This document shows, piece by piece, positions 37,632 through 46,132 of a DNA stretch of 64,000 nucleotides. The notes under the pieces were generated by a model that was given only the letters and a program-made list of their open reading frames with translations, did no database searches and was not told where the DNA came from. How positions within the stretch are numbered: position 1 is the stretch's first letter; each line of letters starts with the position of its first letter. The translations under genes and the position numbers were made by a program. Origin of the DNA: Thermoplasmata archaeon. GTDB lineage: Archaea; Thermoplasmatota; Thermoplasmata; Lutacidiplasmatales; UBA184. Location: NCBI GenBank assembly GCA_035501555.1, contig DATJWA010000016.1:44316-108315 (forward strand), given 5' to 3'.

Positions 37632-39080
37632 CTAGCGACGAGCGATTCGCAGGATTGCCTCGATAGATGTATCGACATCCTCCTCGGTCGTCGCCCACGA
37701 GCTCACGCTGATGCGCATGGCGGTGGTCCCGTGCCAGACGGTTGAACCGGCCCAGAGCGTTCCCTCGTTCTGAACTTCGGTAACCACTCGAAGAGTCCGG
37801 GCGTCGTCCCCAAAGGAGACCAAGACCTGATTCAGCACGACATCGTTGAGGATGGAGAAACCGGCCGCACGAAGTCGGGTAGCAAATCTCTGGGCGAACC
37901 CACAAGTGCGCTCGACAAGGGCCGCCAGCCCCGTGCGGCCGAGCGAACGAAGCCCAGCCCAGCAGGCAATCCCTCGCGCACGTCGCGACATTTCGGGAAC
38001 GGCATCCATCGGCTCACTCGAATTCGTCCCGGCGAGGTAGGCCGCCGCGGGAGTCGACATCGCGGCGCGGAGGGGGTGCGGCTCTGGAACGAAGGCGATG
38101 CCGCAATCGTAGGGAACATTCAGCCACTTGTGACAGTCGGTCGCCCAGGAGTCGGCTCGTTCGGTTCCATCGGCGAGCGAACGCAGCCGGGGGGAAGCCC
38201 GCGCCCAGAGCCCAAAGGCACCGTCAACGTGGACCCATGCACCGGCGTTGTGGGCTAAGTCGCATACCTCGCCGACCGGATCAAAGGCCCCCGAGTTGAC
38301 GTTCCCAGCTTGAGTGCACACGATCGTGGGTCCGAGCAACGGGGGGATCCGGTCGGCTCTCATGCGGCCCTGCGCGTCGACCGGGACGCGTACCAGGCCG
38401 TCCAAGGCGAATCCTAGAATCGAGAGGGCCTTGAGGACCGAGACATGGACCTCTTCGCCAACCACGACGGTGACTGGCGGAGCCGCCTGGAATCCCTGAC
38501 GGCGTACGTCCCATCCCGCCTTCGACAGCACGGCCTGACGGGCGGATCCTAGGCAGGTCAGGTTGGCCATGGTGTCGCCCGTGACGAGCGCCCCCCGACA
38601 GCCCACCGGTAGGCCGAAGATCTCACGGACCCACTCGACCGAGATCTGCTCGAGACGTGCTGCGACGGGGGACATCACCGTCAGTGCACCATTTTGGTCC
38701 CACGTCGAGGTCAACCAATCTGCGGCCAGTGCCGCAGGCAGCGCGCTCCCGACGATGAAACCGAAATACCTCCCCCCGGCCGAAGCGACCGTCGCCGGTG
38801 ACCCGGCGTGATCGAGGAGGGCGATCACGCGAGACGGATCGAGACCGTCCTGCGGAAGTGGAGACGCGAACCGGTCGAGCCCGTCCACCTCTGTAGCTAG
38901 GGGCGCCACGCGTCGTGTCCGGAGGCTCGCAAGGTACTTGGAAGCTGCAGCCGCGGTCTCCATCAGAAGTTCGTCCATCGTCGGGCCTAAGGGTCCTAGA
39001 GAGACCGGCCTTAGAAGGTTACAGTCGCCTGCAGGGGGACTTTCCCCGGCCAGCTCGAAAGGAGCAGTCTGGTCCTCCAC
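37632..39080 (-). CDS. Pyridoxal-phosphate-dependent group II decarboxylase
   Basis: SGAFDPVGEVCDLAHNAGAWVHVDGAFGLW...ADSWATDCHKWLNVPYDCG contains the PLP-lysine motif (HK) of the aspartate-aminotransferase-fold decarboxylases. The start may instead be ATG 38978 (MDELLMETAAAASKYL). Confidence 0.85.
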   Translation of the reverse strand: MEDQTAPFELAGESPPAGDCNLLRPVSLGPLGPTMDELLMETAAAASKYLASLRTRRVAPLATEVDGLDRFASPLPQDGLDPSRVIALLDHAGSPATVASAGGRYFGFIVGSALPAALAADWLTSTWDQNGALTVMSPVAARLEQISVEWVREIFGLPVGCRGALVTGDTMANLTCLGSARQAVLSKAGWDVRRQGFQAAPPVTVVVGEEVHVSVLKALSILGFALDGLVRVPVDAQGRMRADRIPPLLGPTIVCTQAGNVNSGAFDPVGEVCDLAHNAGAWVHVDGAFGLWARASPRLRSLADGTERADSWATDCHKWLNVPYDCGIAFVPEPHPLRAAMSTPAAAYLAGTNSSEPMDAVPEMSRRARGIACWAGLRSLGRTGLAALVERTCGFAQRFATRLRAAGFSILNDVVLNQVLVSFGDDARTLRVVTEVQNEGTLWAGSTVWHGTTAMRISVSSWATTEEDVDTSIEAILRIARR

Positions 39081-39188
39081 CGACGGTTCTGAGTGGAGGT
39101 TCGGGTAGGAGCGTTGGGGGAGCTTCGGTCACGTCCGATTGAGGCGGACGCACTGCCCCGACCATGAGCCTCGCGGCTGGGAGGATGA

Positions 39189-39325
39189 ACTCGCCCGTGC
39201 TGGGAGGCGCCCAAATAATTGGGCACTTAGGATTCGTCTCACCGTCAGTGGATGCGCTTGCAGAAACGTGTTTTGTGCTCGGGGACCCCGGCTCCCATGG
39301 ATCTCTCCGGCGCGCCCGTCTTCCC
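39189..39325. repeat. R2: second copy of the ~135-bp element
   Basis: 39189-39205 (actcgcccgtgctggga) is identical to the tRNA 3' end. The rest aligns with R1 and R3. Confidence 0.8.
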
Positions 39326-39464
39326 AGGATTTGCTGAAGTAGCCCGACACTGATGTCGCCGGCCGCCCATTCGAGAACTGTCGGCCCCGAGCAGTCGCCG
39401 CTTCAGAAGCTGTTAATCGATTCTGGGGCTTACAAGATGTTGTCGACGCGGGAGCGCGATCGGA

Positions 39465-40022
39465 ATGGACCGGCCAGCCTGGCGGTATGCCTTGGCGATC
39501 AGCCTGGCGGTGGTTATCGCCGCTGTCCTGATCCTGGCCCTGTTTGAGCTGGCCCCCAGCGGGTCTCAAGGCCGGGAAGCCTTCAACGGAGTCGCCCTGT
39601 CCATCACCTACGTCGGGAGCTCTGTGGGGATTTACGGTCCGGTTCACCAGAACGCCTGTCTCCAGGAACCCCTTCTGTCGCCCGAGGGACCTCTCGGTCC
39701 CAGCTGCCCGAACAACCTCACGGCGGGAACCGAGTACAACTTCACCATCTTCGAGTTGTTCGTTCCCTATGATCTTGACAGCCACAGCATTTCCGAGATG
39801 TTCCTCAATGTCACCATCTCCTCGCCCATTGCACTCTCTCAAACCGTTTGCGGCGTAGCCCAGTCATCTCCCCCGACGCAGCGATCCTCATTGGGCCTCG
39901 AGCTCCCGCCGGGAATTGGATGCGCGTGGACGATCAGCTTTGTCGCACCCAGCCCCCTGCCGGCGACCCTCCCCGGAGTCGGAATCTGGATGGCCGCTAC
40001 GATGTCGGTTGACGCCGTGTAG
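39465..40022 (+). CDS. Hypothetical signal-anchored secreted protein (185 aa)
   Basis: N-terminal anchor (YALAISLAVVIAAVLILALF) and a beta-rich Cys-containing ectodomain. I recognise no family. Confidence 0.5.
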   Translation: MDRPAWRYALAISLAVVIAAVLILALFELAPSGSQGREAFNGVALSITYVGSSVGIYGPVHQNACLQEPLLSPEGPLGPSCPNNLTAGTEYNFTIFELFVPYDLDSHSISEMFLNVTISSPIALSQTVCGVAQSSPPTQRSSLGLELPPGIGCAWTISFVAPSPLPATLPGVGIWMAATMSVDAV

Positions 40023-40089
40023 TCATTCACTTCGCGGTGGCCGGCCCCAACATGCGAGCGGCCGACGGGGCCATTCGTTCGGCACGCTC

Positions 40090-40275
40090 GTCGCGGTCTG
40101 GTCATCGGTCGCGCAAAACGGGCTCCCGTACCAGAGGGACTCGCCCGCGCTGGGAGGCGCAGAAATAGATGGGCACTTAGGACTCGTTTCACCGTCAGTG
40201 GAGGCGCTTGGCAAAACCAGTTTCGAGTTCGGGAACCCCCGTTCCCATTGACCTCGTCGGCGGGTCTCGCTTCCT
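40090..40275. repeat. R3: third copy of the ~135-bp element, plus ~45 nt of left flank homologous to the flank of the tRNA gene
   Basis: 40134-40155 matches 42687-42708 at 21 of 22 positions. 40090-40133 also aligns with 42645-42686 (ggtcatcggtc.cgc.aaacggg.tcccg). 40156-40275 aligns with R1 and R2. Confidence 0.8.
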
Positions 40276-40362
40276 AAAGTTGAGAACCTCGTGCCTACTG
40301 TCAACTGACCCTCCTACCCTCTCCAGCGATTTTGACTTGTATACCAGTCGCGCTTCTTCTGG

Positions 40363-40899
40363 TTGTTGAAGAATCTCCGACGGCTAGCAGGGATCGTTGC
40401 AATCGCCGCAGTCATCCTCGCGGCGACGTTGGGAGCGTACATTTTAGTGGGACTCCAGCCGGCGCAGCTTCCTCAATGCGCAGCCGGAACTTCCGAAGTT
40501 CTACTGGACGCGCAGCCCATTCAGGCCCCGCCGCTGACCCTGGGTAACCTCACGAACTCATCTCGAGGGTCCAACCATTGGTACAACTTCTCGGTCGAAG
40601 AGGCGACTCCCTGTGCCACGTTGGGTCCTCTGTCGTTCCAGATCGGGTTTCCCTCCGGTGCAAACGCAACGTTGCCCCCCGGGGCGGGGGTTGCGGTCAT
40701 CGTACCTCCCGGATCGGTTGAAGCGGCCTTCACCTTCGGGACAGGATGGTCGTACGGAGCCGGATTTGGTCCAGGCACAGTTGTGACGACCCAGGACGAA
40801 CTCTCGATCTCCTACACCGGTTCTACGCCAGCTTCTCTCGTGGGAGCTTGGCTGATCATCCAGTTTGCCCGAGGCACGGCCGCGACGTCGGTCGCTTAA
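40363..40899 (+). CDS. Hypothetical signal-anchored secreted protein (178 aa)
   Basis: TTG start about 23 nt downstream of a TATA-like ttgtatac (40337-40344). Anchor LAGIVAIAAVILAATLGAYILV and a beta-rich ectodomain with NxS/T sites. Confidence 0.5.
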   Translation: MLKNLRRLAGIVAIAAVILAATLGAYILVGLQPAQLPQCAAGTSEVLLDAQPIQAPPLTLGNLTNSSRGSNHWYNFSVEEATPCATLGPLSFQIGFPSGANATLPPGAGVAVIVPPGSVEAAFTFGTGWSYGAGFGPGTVVTTQDELSISYTGSTPASLVGAWLIIQFARGTAATSVA

Positions 40900-41139
40900 C
40901 GAGTCCCTCATCTGATGCAGTCTCCTCGCCTGGGCTAATGATCCAGCGCGAGGGAGTGCACCCGACGGGGGCCAGGCGAACGCTCGGTCGGGCCGTAGAA
41001 GCCCTATGGACGGAGTATCGCCTTGCACCTAACCCGCCCCGGCCCCTACGGAAGGTGGGCGGGGCCGGTCTCCCGACCCGGCCAAGAAATCGTCTGTGGT
41101 CCGATTTCTCCGAAGCCGTTTTCTGACAGAGATATGGTA

Positions 41140-41197
41140 CTGGATGCCCACACTAGTGGGTGGTATCCCCTGCTCCCATTGACCTCGCCGGCGAGCC
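41140..41197. repeat. R4: truncated copy keeping the distal block of the element
   Basis: cccctgctcccattgacctcgccggcgag (41167-41195) closely matches 36349-36377 of R1. The tRNA-like core is missing. Confidence 0.6.
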
Positions 41198-41332
41198 TAT
41201 CGTGCATGGGGTCGCGGGACCGGCTTTCCCATGATATATTCAATCGAGCTGTCCTTCCAGGACATGGGTCCCGGTGACGACTGACGCCTCTTTCGGAGTC
41301 GTCACTTTGGGCGCGCTCCCAAAGATGGACGC

Positions 41333-41644
41333 ATGAGAACTCGAAGAGCGATCCTTCCACGCCGTCGCTTCGGTATCGGGATGACAATCCTGACGGTCCT
41401 CGGTATCGCCCTCCTGTTAGTCGCGCTTTTGATTCCGCCGGTTGTGGTGGTCTCTTGGCCTTGTCAATCGCACTCGTGCCCGCCTTTCAACTCCCCTTCT
41501 GAACAGACTTCGGTCTCCCCCTGGGCCTTGCTTGCGTGGTACTCTGGACTGGTTCTCGTAATAGTGGGCGCGGTCGGTCTCCTATGGTTCGGATGGCGTC
41601 GATACCGGGAATCGAAGAGCCCGCGCGGACCACCCCCTGCCTGA
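41333..41644 (+). CDS. Hypothetical small two-helix membrane protein (103 aa)
   Basis: A basic N-terminus, two hydrophobic helices (IGMTILTVLGIALLLVALLI and LLAWYSGLVLVIVGAVGLLWF) and a Cys-containing loop. Confidence 0.4.
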   Translation: MRTRRAILPRRRFGIGMTILTVLGIALLLVALLIPPVVVVSWPCQSHSCPPFNSPSEQTSVSPWALLAWYSGLVLVIVGAVGLLWFGWRRYRESKSPRGPPPA

Positions 41645-41675
41645 CTCGCTCCCACTGACCTCACGGCGGGTCTCC
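41643..41675. repeat. R5: short derivative of the element
   Basis: gactcgc followed directly by tcccactgacctcacggcgggtctcc. This looks like the core start joined to the distal block. Confidence 0.45.
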
Positions 41676-41768
41676 TTCTGTGAAGTTGGGAATCGGGTCC
41701 TGCGCGCTCATCGCGGTCCCGTCATCGACCTTGGGGGGCCGGCATCGAGCCCGCGGGTCGGTGGACAA

Positions 41769-42566
41769 TCAGAGTTCCGGGCTAGCGGACCGAATGATCA
41801 GCGTCACGTTCTGGTCTCCATCCCAGGCCACTCCAACCCGAAGATTGTTGGACATGGTTTCCTCGCACATGATCGGAAGGCTCACGCCGGGAGGGCGGAT
41901 GCCGCAATTATACGCCGGAGGTCCCCCGAGTGCCGACTGCAGCAAGGTACTGCCATTCGCGCCAACCGCGACGATGTCGAAGCCGGATCCCGCGGGGTTC
42001 GGCGGGAACTCGCTAAAGTGGAAGGTGATTCCCTGAAACGTCACGTTACAGAACCCCAGCTGGCAGTCCGGCTTTCTATCACCTGGGGGAAACGTGACGG
42101 TCGAAAGAGCGTACTCCGGCTGGGGCCAGGCCGCCCGCAGCAGGACCGTATCGGAGTGAGCCGAGCTGGAGAGCCAAGTTACGCCAAAAGTCTTGTCAGC
42201 CGCGGTGAAGTTGCTGAGGCCGCCGCATGCTCGGCAGCCTGGTGGGACTGCCCACGATACGTTGTTGGTGTCAATCAGTGCGAGTTCCATCCCGCTGGGC
42301 CCGACAGCAGCGCCCGTGAGCCAGTTGGTGCCTACGATGTACTCCGGCCAGAGGTGGAACAGGATGCCACCGAAGCTGAAATTCGACTCGGGGCCGGAGA
42401 GGTTGCCGCCATTGACTGGGATGCGTACGACCTCCGAAGCATAGTTAACGGCTGAACTGGTCGGAGCAGTGGGATGGTTCGCGATGGCAACTAGCCCAAC
42501 GGTCGCAACGACGACCAGAGCCGCCATCACGATGGCCGAGAGGGCGACCCCCGAAGGCTCCCACAT
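41769..42566 (-). CDS. Hypothetical signal-anchored secreted protein (265 aa), Cys-rich
   Basis: Anchor VALSAIVMAALVVVATVGLVAIA and an ectodomain with several Cys pairs and NxS/T sites. I recognise no family. Confidence 0.55.
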   Translation of the reverse strand: MWEPSGVALSAIVMAALVVVATVGLVAIANHPTAPTSSAVNYASEVVRIPVNGGNLSGPESNFSFGGILFHLWPEYIVGTNWLTGAAVGPSGMELALIDTNNVSWAVPPGCRACGGLSNFTAADKTFGVTWLSSSAHSDTVLLRAAWPQPEYALSTVTFPPGDRKPDCQLGFCNVTFQGITFHFSEFPPNPAGSGFDIVAVGANGSTLLQSALGGPPAYNCGIRPPGVSLPIMCEETMSNNLRVGVAWDGDQNVTLIIRSASPEL

Positions 42567-42694
42567 GGAAACAAACAGGCCCCAGAAGCGTATGCGTCTT
42601 CCTCTGAGTCGAACGACGGGGGCCTCGTGTGGACGGCCCGATCAGCGCGGTCGGTCATCGGTCACGCGAAACGGGTTCCCGCGTTGGAGGGACT

Positions 42695-42802
42695 CGCCCG
42701 TGCTGGGATTCGAACCCAGGTCTGAGGCTCCGCAGGCCTCTAGGATAATCCATTGCAGCGGACCGGGGGAGGACCCCGGTTCCGTAGCTACCCCACACGG
42801 GC
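42695..42802 (-). tRNA. tRNA-Arg (anticodon GCG) with a ~31-35-nt insertion in the D-arm region (probable non-canonical intron); no encoded CCA
   Basis: The reverse complement reads GCCCGTG-TG-GGGT-AGC...[hairpin ACCGGGG-TCCTC-CCCCGGT]...CAATGGATT-ATCC-TA-GAGGC-CTGCGGA-GCCTC-AGAC-CTGGG-TTCGAAT-CCCAG-CACGGGC-G. It has a 7-bp acceptor stem, a 5-bp anticodon stem with a CU-GCG-GA loop, and a canonical T-arm. At 108 nt it is about 30 nt longer than a normal tRNA. Confidence 0.75.
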
Positions 42803-42843
42803 AATCGTTCGGGAGCGGTCCCGGCGCCGCCGAGCGGAGTCGC

Positions 42844-42852
42844 CTATAAAAG
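42844..42852. promoter_or_regulatory. TATA-like element (ctataaaag) between the tRNA 5' end and gatD
   Basis: AT-rich block about 45 nt upstream of the tRNA 5' end on the minus strand and about 85 nt upstream of the gatD ATG. A second candidate, ctttatacc, lies at 42886-42894. Which gene either box serves is unresolved. Confidence 0.3.
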
Positions 42853-42935
42853 CCCGGGGAGAAGGGCGGGCGGGCCCGAGCCACACTTTATACCGGGCCG
42901 GGCTCCCCGGGCCCGCCGGACAACGGATTTCCGCT

Positions 42936-44252
42936 ATGGTCGAAGAGAAGTCGAGCGACCCATGGCCCGAACTTCGCGACCTGCCCATGGGCCGCCGGGT
43001 GGAATTTACGGACGGGCGAGGCCAGACCTACACGGGCACCGTCGTTACCCGCCACGGGTTTCTCGGCGACCGGATCCTCCAGCTGAAGCTCTCCAGCGGC
43101 TACAACGTTGGGATCCGGGTCGACCCCGGTTCAAGCTTTCGTCTGCTTCCGGACTTGGCCCGGGAAGCCCCCGAGGAGCCCTCTCCCGCCCGTCCGGGAC
43201 CCGCGGGACCGGCGGGCGGCTGGGTCGCTCTCCTGACGACGGGTGGCACCATCGCTTCCCGAGTCGACTACGAGACCGGAGGGGTCCGACCGGTCAAGGG
43301 AGAGGCCGAGATCCTCGCCTTCTACCCGGAGCTTGAGCGCAGCGGGCCGGTGCGGATCGTTCCCGTCTTTGACCGTTTGAGCGAGGACCTCCGACCGGAC
43401 GACTGGGTCACGCTCGGCGGGCACGTCGTCACCGCGTTCCGGGACGGGGCGACGGGGGTCGTCATCGCTCACGGCACGGACACCCTCGGCTTCACGGCGG
43501 CAGGCTTGAGCTTCCTGCTCGCCGACCTCCCGGGGCCGGTCGTCGTCGTGGGGGCCCAGCGGTCGCCCGACCGGCCCTCTTCGGATGGCCCCTCGAACCT
43601 GCAGGCAGGCGTGCAAGTAGCCCGGGAGGCCCGGCTGGGAGAGGTCGTGGTCGTGATGCACGCCGGACCCTCCGATACTCGATTCGCGATCCATCGGGGC
43701 ACATGGGTGCGCAAGATGCATTCGAGCCGGCGCGATGCCTTCGAGAGCCGGAATGGGCCCGAACTCGGTGGGGTGCAGGACGGCCGGGTCTCCCTCGGTC
43801 CGCTGGCCCGCCCGCCGACGCCGGGCCCGGCCCGCCTGGATGGGCCCATCGACGCCCATGCGGCCCTGCTCTGGTCCTTCCCGGGCCTTTCTGCCAAGAC
43901 CGCCCGCGCCGTCGCGCTGGACGTCCGAGGACTCGTGCTCGCCGGGACCGGGCTCGGCCACGTCGCGTCCGAGCACCTCGAGTGGATCCGTGAGGCCACC
44001 GGTCGGGGCACGTTGGTCGCGATGACCACGCAGTGTCTCGGAGGTCGTGCCGACCCATTCGTCTATGCGACGGGCCGCGACCTGATGGCGGCCGGCGTCC
44101 TCTACCTGGACGACCTCCTTCCGGAGACGGCCTACGCCAAGATGGTGTGGGCGCTCGGGCACGCCGCTTCCCGGGAGGGCGTCGCTGAGCTCCTGACCAT
44201 CCCGCGCGCGGGCGAGTTCCTCGACCGGCACGCGGGGGTCCGCGGGCCATGA
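42936..44252 (+). CDS. gatD: Glutamyl-tRNA(Gln) amidotransferase subunit D
   Basis: Starts at ATG 42936 (MVEEKSSDPW...). N-terminal barrel region followed by an asparaginase-like domain (ALLTTGGTIASRVDYETGGV...VVIAHGTDTLGFTAAGLSF). The ORF-track start at 42753 overlaps the tRNA gene. Confidence 0.9.
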   Translation: MVEEKSSDPWPELRDLPMGRRVEFTDGRGQTYTGTVVTRHGFLGDRILQLKLSSGYNVGIRVDPGSSFRLLPDLAREAPEEPSPARPGPAGPAGGWVALLTTGGTIASRVDYETGGVRPVKGEAEILAFYPELERSGPVRIVPVFDRLSEDLRPDDWVTLGGHVVTAFRDGATGVVIAHGTDTLGFTAAGLSFLLADLPGPVVVVGAQRSPDRPSSDGPSNLQAGVQVAREARLGEVVVVMHAGPSDTRFAIHRGTWVRKMHSSRRDAFESRNGPELGGVQDGRVSLGPLARPPTPGPARLDGPIDAHAALLWSFPGLSAKTARAVALDVRGLVLAGTGLGHVASEHLEWIREATGRGTLVAMTTQCLGGRADPFVYATGRDLMAAGVLYLDDLLPETAYAKMVWALGHAASREGVAELLTIPRAGEFLDRHAGVRGP

Positions 44253-46123
44253 AGGCCGGGCTTGAGATCCACCAGCAGCTCGCCACCGGAAAGCTGTTCT
44301 GCGCTTGCCCCGCGGAGCTGTCCGAGGACGTCTCGTTCTCCTTCGTCCGGCGGCTTCGGGCCGCGGGCGGGGAGAACCGGGCCGTCGACGCGGCCGCTTC
44401 CCTCCAGGCGGCCCGAGGGCTCCTCTATCGTTACGAGGTCGTCCCACCGAGCTGCCTGGTCGAGATGGACGATGAACCGCCCCACCCGCTCAACGCGGAC
44501 GCCCTCGAGACGGCCCTCCTCGTCGCGCTCCTTCTCGACGCTCGGCCGGTCGACGAAGTGGAGGTCATGCGAAAGATCGTGGTGGACGGCTCGACCACCG
44601 CCGGCTTCCAACGGACGGCCCTCATCGCGACCGGGGGTCACATCGAGGTGAGGGGACGAACGCATCGCATCGAGACCGTCTGCCTCGAAGAAGACGCCGC
44701 CCGCCGGACCGGGGACTCGCCCGACGGGGTGACCTACCGGCTGGACCGCCTCGGAATCCCGTTGATCGAGATCGCAACCGCTCCGGACATCCATAGCGGA
44801 GTCGAGGCGAAGGAGGTCGCGCAGGAGATCGGCGCCCTCCTCCGGGCAACCGGACGGGTGCGTCGGGGGATCGGGACGATCCGGGAGGACGTGAACGTCT
44901 CGACCGAGGGGGGCCGACGCGTCGAGATCAAGGGCGTTCAGGAGCTGCGGATGATCCAGGAGTACGTCGACCGCGAGGTCGAGCGCCAGAGGGTGCTTCT
45001 CGAGCTCCGGGACGGGCTGGTGCGGGCCGGCGCTTATGTCCCGTCGGGATCGCTCGGCGACGTCACCGATCTGGTCCGGGGGGTGCCCACAGGGCCCTTG
45101 GCCGAGGTGAACCGCTCGGGCGCCGTCGCTCTGGTCCTCGCTCTCCCGGGGTTTGCGGGCCGACTTCGCTCCCCGACCGGAACGGAGGTGCGGCTCGGCA
45201 GCGAGCTCGCGGCCCAGGCCCGAGCGGCGGGCCTCGGCGGCCTGCTGCACTCGGACGAGTTGCCCGGCCACGGGATCGACGAGCGGCTCGTCGCGGAGAT
45301 TCGGCAAGCGCTTTCGCTCACCGACGCCGATGCGTTCGTTCTCGTGGTAGCTCCGTCGCGCGAGCGCGCGGAGGCCGCGGTCGATCGAATCGAGGCCCGC
45401 GCGCAGGCTGCCCTGGAGGGGGTTCCCGAGGAGACCCGCGACCCCCTGCCCGACGGCAGCACGCGATTCTCGCGCCCTCTCCCGGGCCGGGACCGAATGT
45501 ACCCCGAGACCGACGTGCCCCCGATCCCCATCTCCGAGGAACGGCTCGAGAGACTTCGCCGAGCGCTCCCTGAGCGCCCGTCCGCCCGGCGCGAGCGCCT
45601 GACCCGCGTGTATTCCCTTCCCCTGGAAGTCGTTCGACAACTTGAGGCGGTCGAGGCCGTCGACGAGTTCGAGGCGCTCGTCCAGCGCGGCCACGCTCCG
45701 GGGATAGTCGCCCGGCTCCTCACCCAGGACGCGCCGGCCGCTCTCCTGACCGCACCCGGGAGCGCGCCGTTCTCTCTTGATACCCTGGACTCCGTCCTCG
45801 CCGGGGCGGCGAATGGGCTCTTCTCCAAGGAGGGGATTCCGGCGGTGTTGGCCGCCTTCGTCGCCGGCGCCACGACCCTCGAGACAGCCACGCAGCGCGC
45901 GGGCTTCTCGGGCGGAGCCGTGGAGGACCTTGACGCACTCGCCGACCGCGTCGTGCGCGCGAACATGCGGCTCGTCCAGGAGCGGGGGGAGGCCGCGCTC
46001 TCGCCTCTGATGGGCGACGTGATGCGGGAGGTCCGCGGGCGCCGCGACGGGAAGGAGGTCGCCGCCGCAGTGCGTCGATCGATCGCACGCCTCCGCGCCG
46101 ACGGGTCGGCCTCGACGGCCTGA
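44249..46123 (+). CDS. gatE: Glutamyl-tRNA(Gln) amidotransferase subunit E
   Basis: MKAGLEIHQQLATGKLFCACP... and the overall 624-aa GatB/E-like layout. ATGA overlap with gatD. Confidence 0.9.
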   Translation: MKAGLEIHQQLATGKLFCACPAELSEDVSFSFVRRLRAAGGENRAVDAAASLQAARGLLYRYEVVPPSCLVEMDDEPPHPLNADALETALLVALLLDARPVDEVEVMRKIVVDGSTTAGFQRTALIATGGHIEVRGRTHRIETVCLEEDAARRTGDSPDGVTYRLDRLGIPLIEIATAPDIHSGVEAKEVAQEIGALLRATGRVRRGIGTIREDVNVSTEGGRRVEIKGVQELRMIQEYVDREVERQRVLLELRDGLVRAGAYVPSGSLGDVTDLVRGVPTGPLAEVNRSGAVALVLALPGFAGRLRSPTGTEVRLGSELAAQARAAGLGGLLHSDELPGHGIDERLVAEIRQALSLTDADAFVLVVAPSRERAEAAVDRIEARAQAALEGVPEETRDPLPDGSTRFSRPLPGRDRMYPETDVPPIPISEERLERLRRALPERPSARRERLTRVYSLPLEVVRQLEAVEAVDEFEALVQRGHAPGIVARLLTQDAPAALLTAPGSAPFSLDTLDSVLAGAANGLFSKEGIPAVLAAFVAGATTLETATQRAGFSGGAVEDLDALADRVVRANMRLVQERGEAALSPLMGDVMREVRGRRDGKEVAAAVRRSIARLRADGSASTA

Positions 46124-46132
46124 GGAGGACCC

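Noticed and set aside
36254-40275. The R1-R3 repeats as a CRISPR array or as integron attC sites.
   Set aside because: The repeats are ~135 bp and only about three-quarters identical. They are spaced 0.9-2.9 kb apart with whole genes between them, so this is not a CRISPR. I found no R''/R' core sites (RYYYAAC/GTTRRRY) and no intI-like recombinase, so integron attC is not supported.
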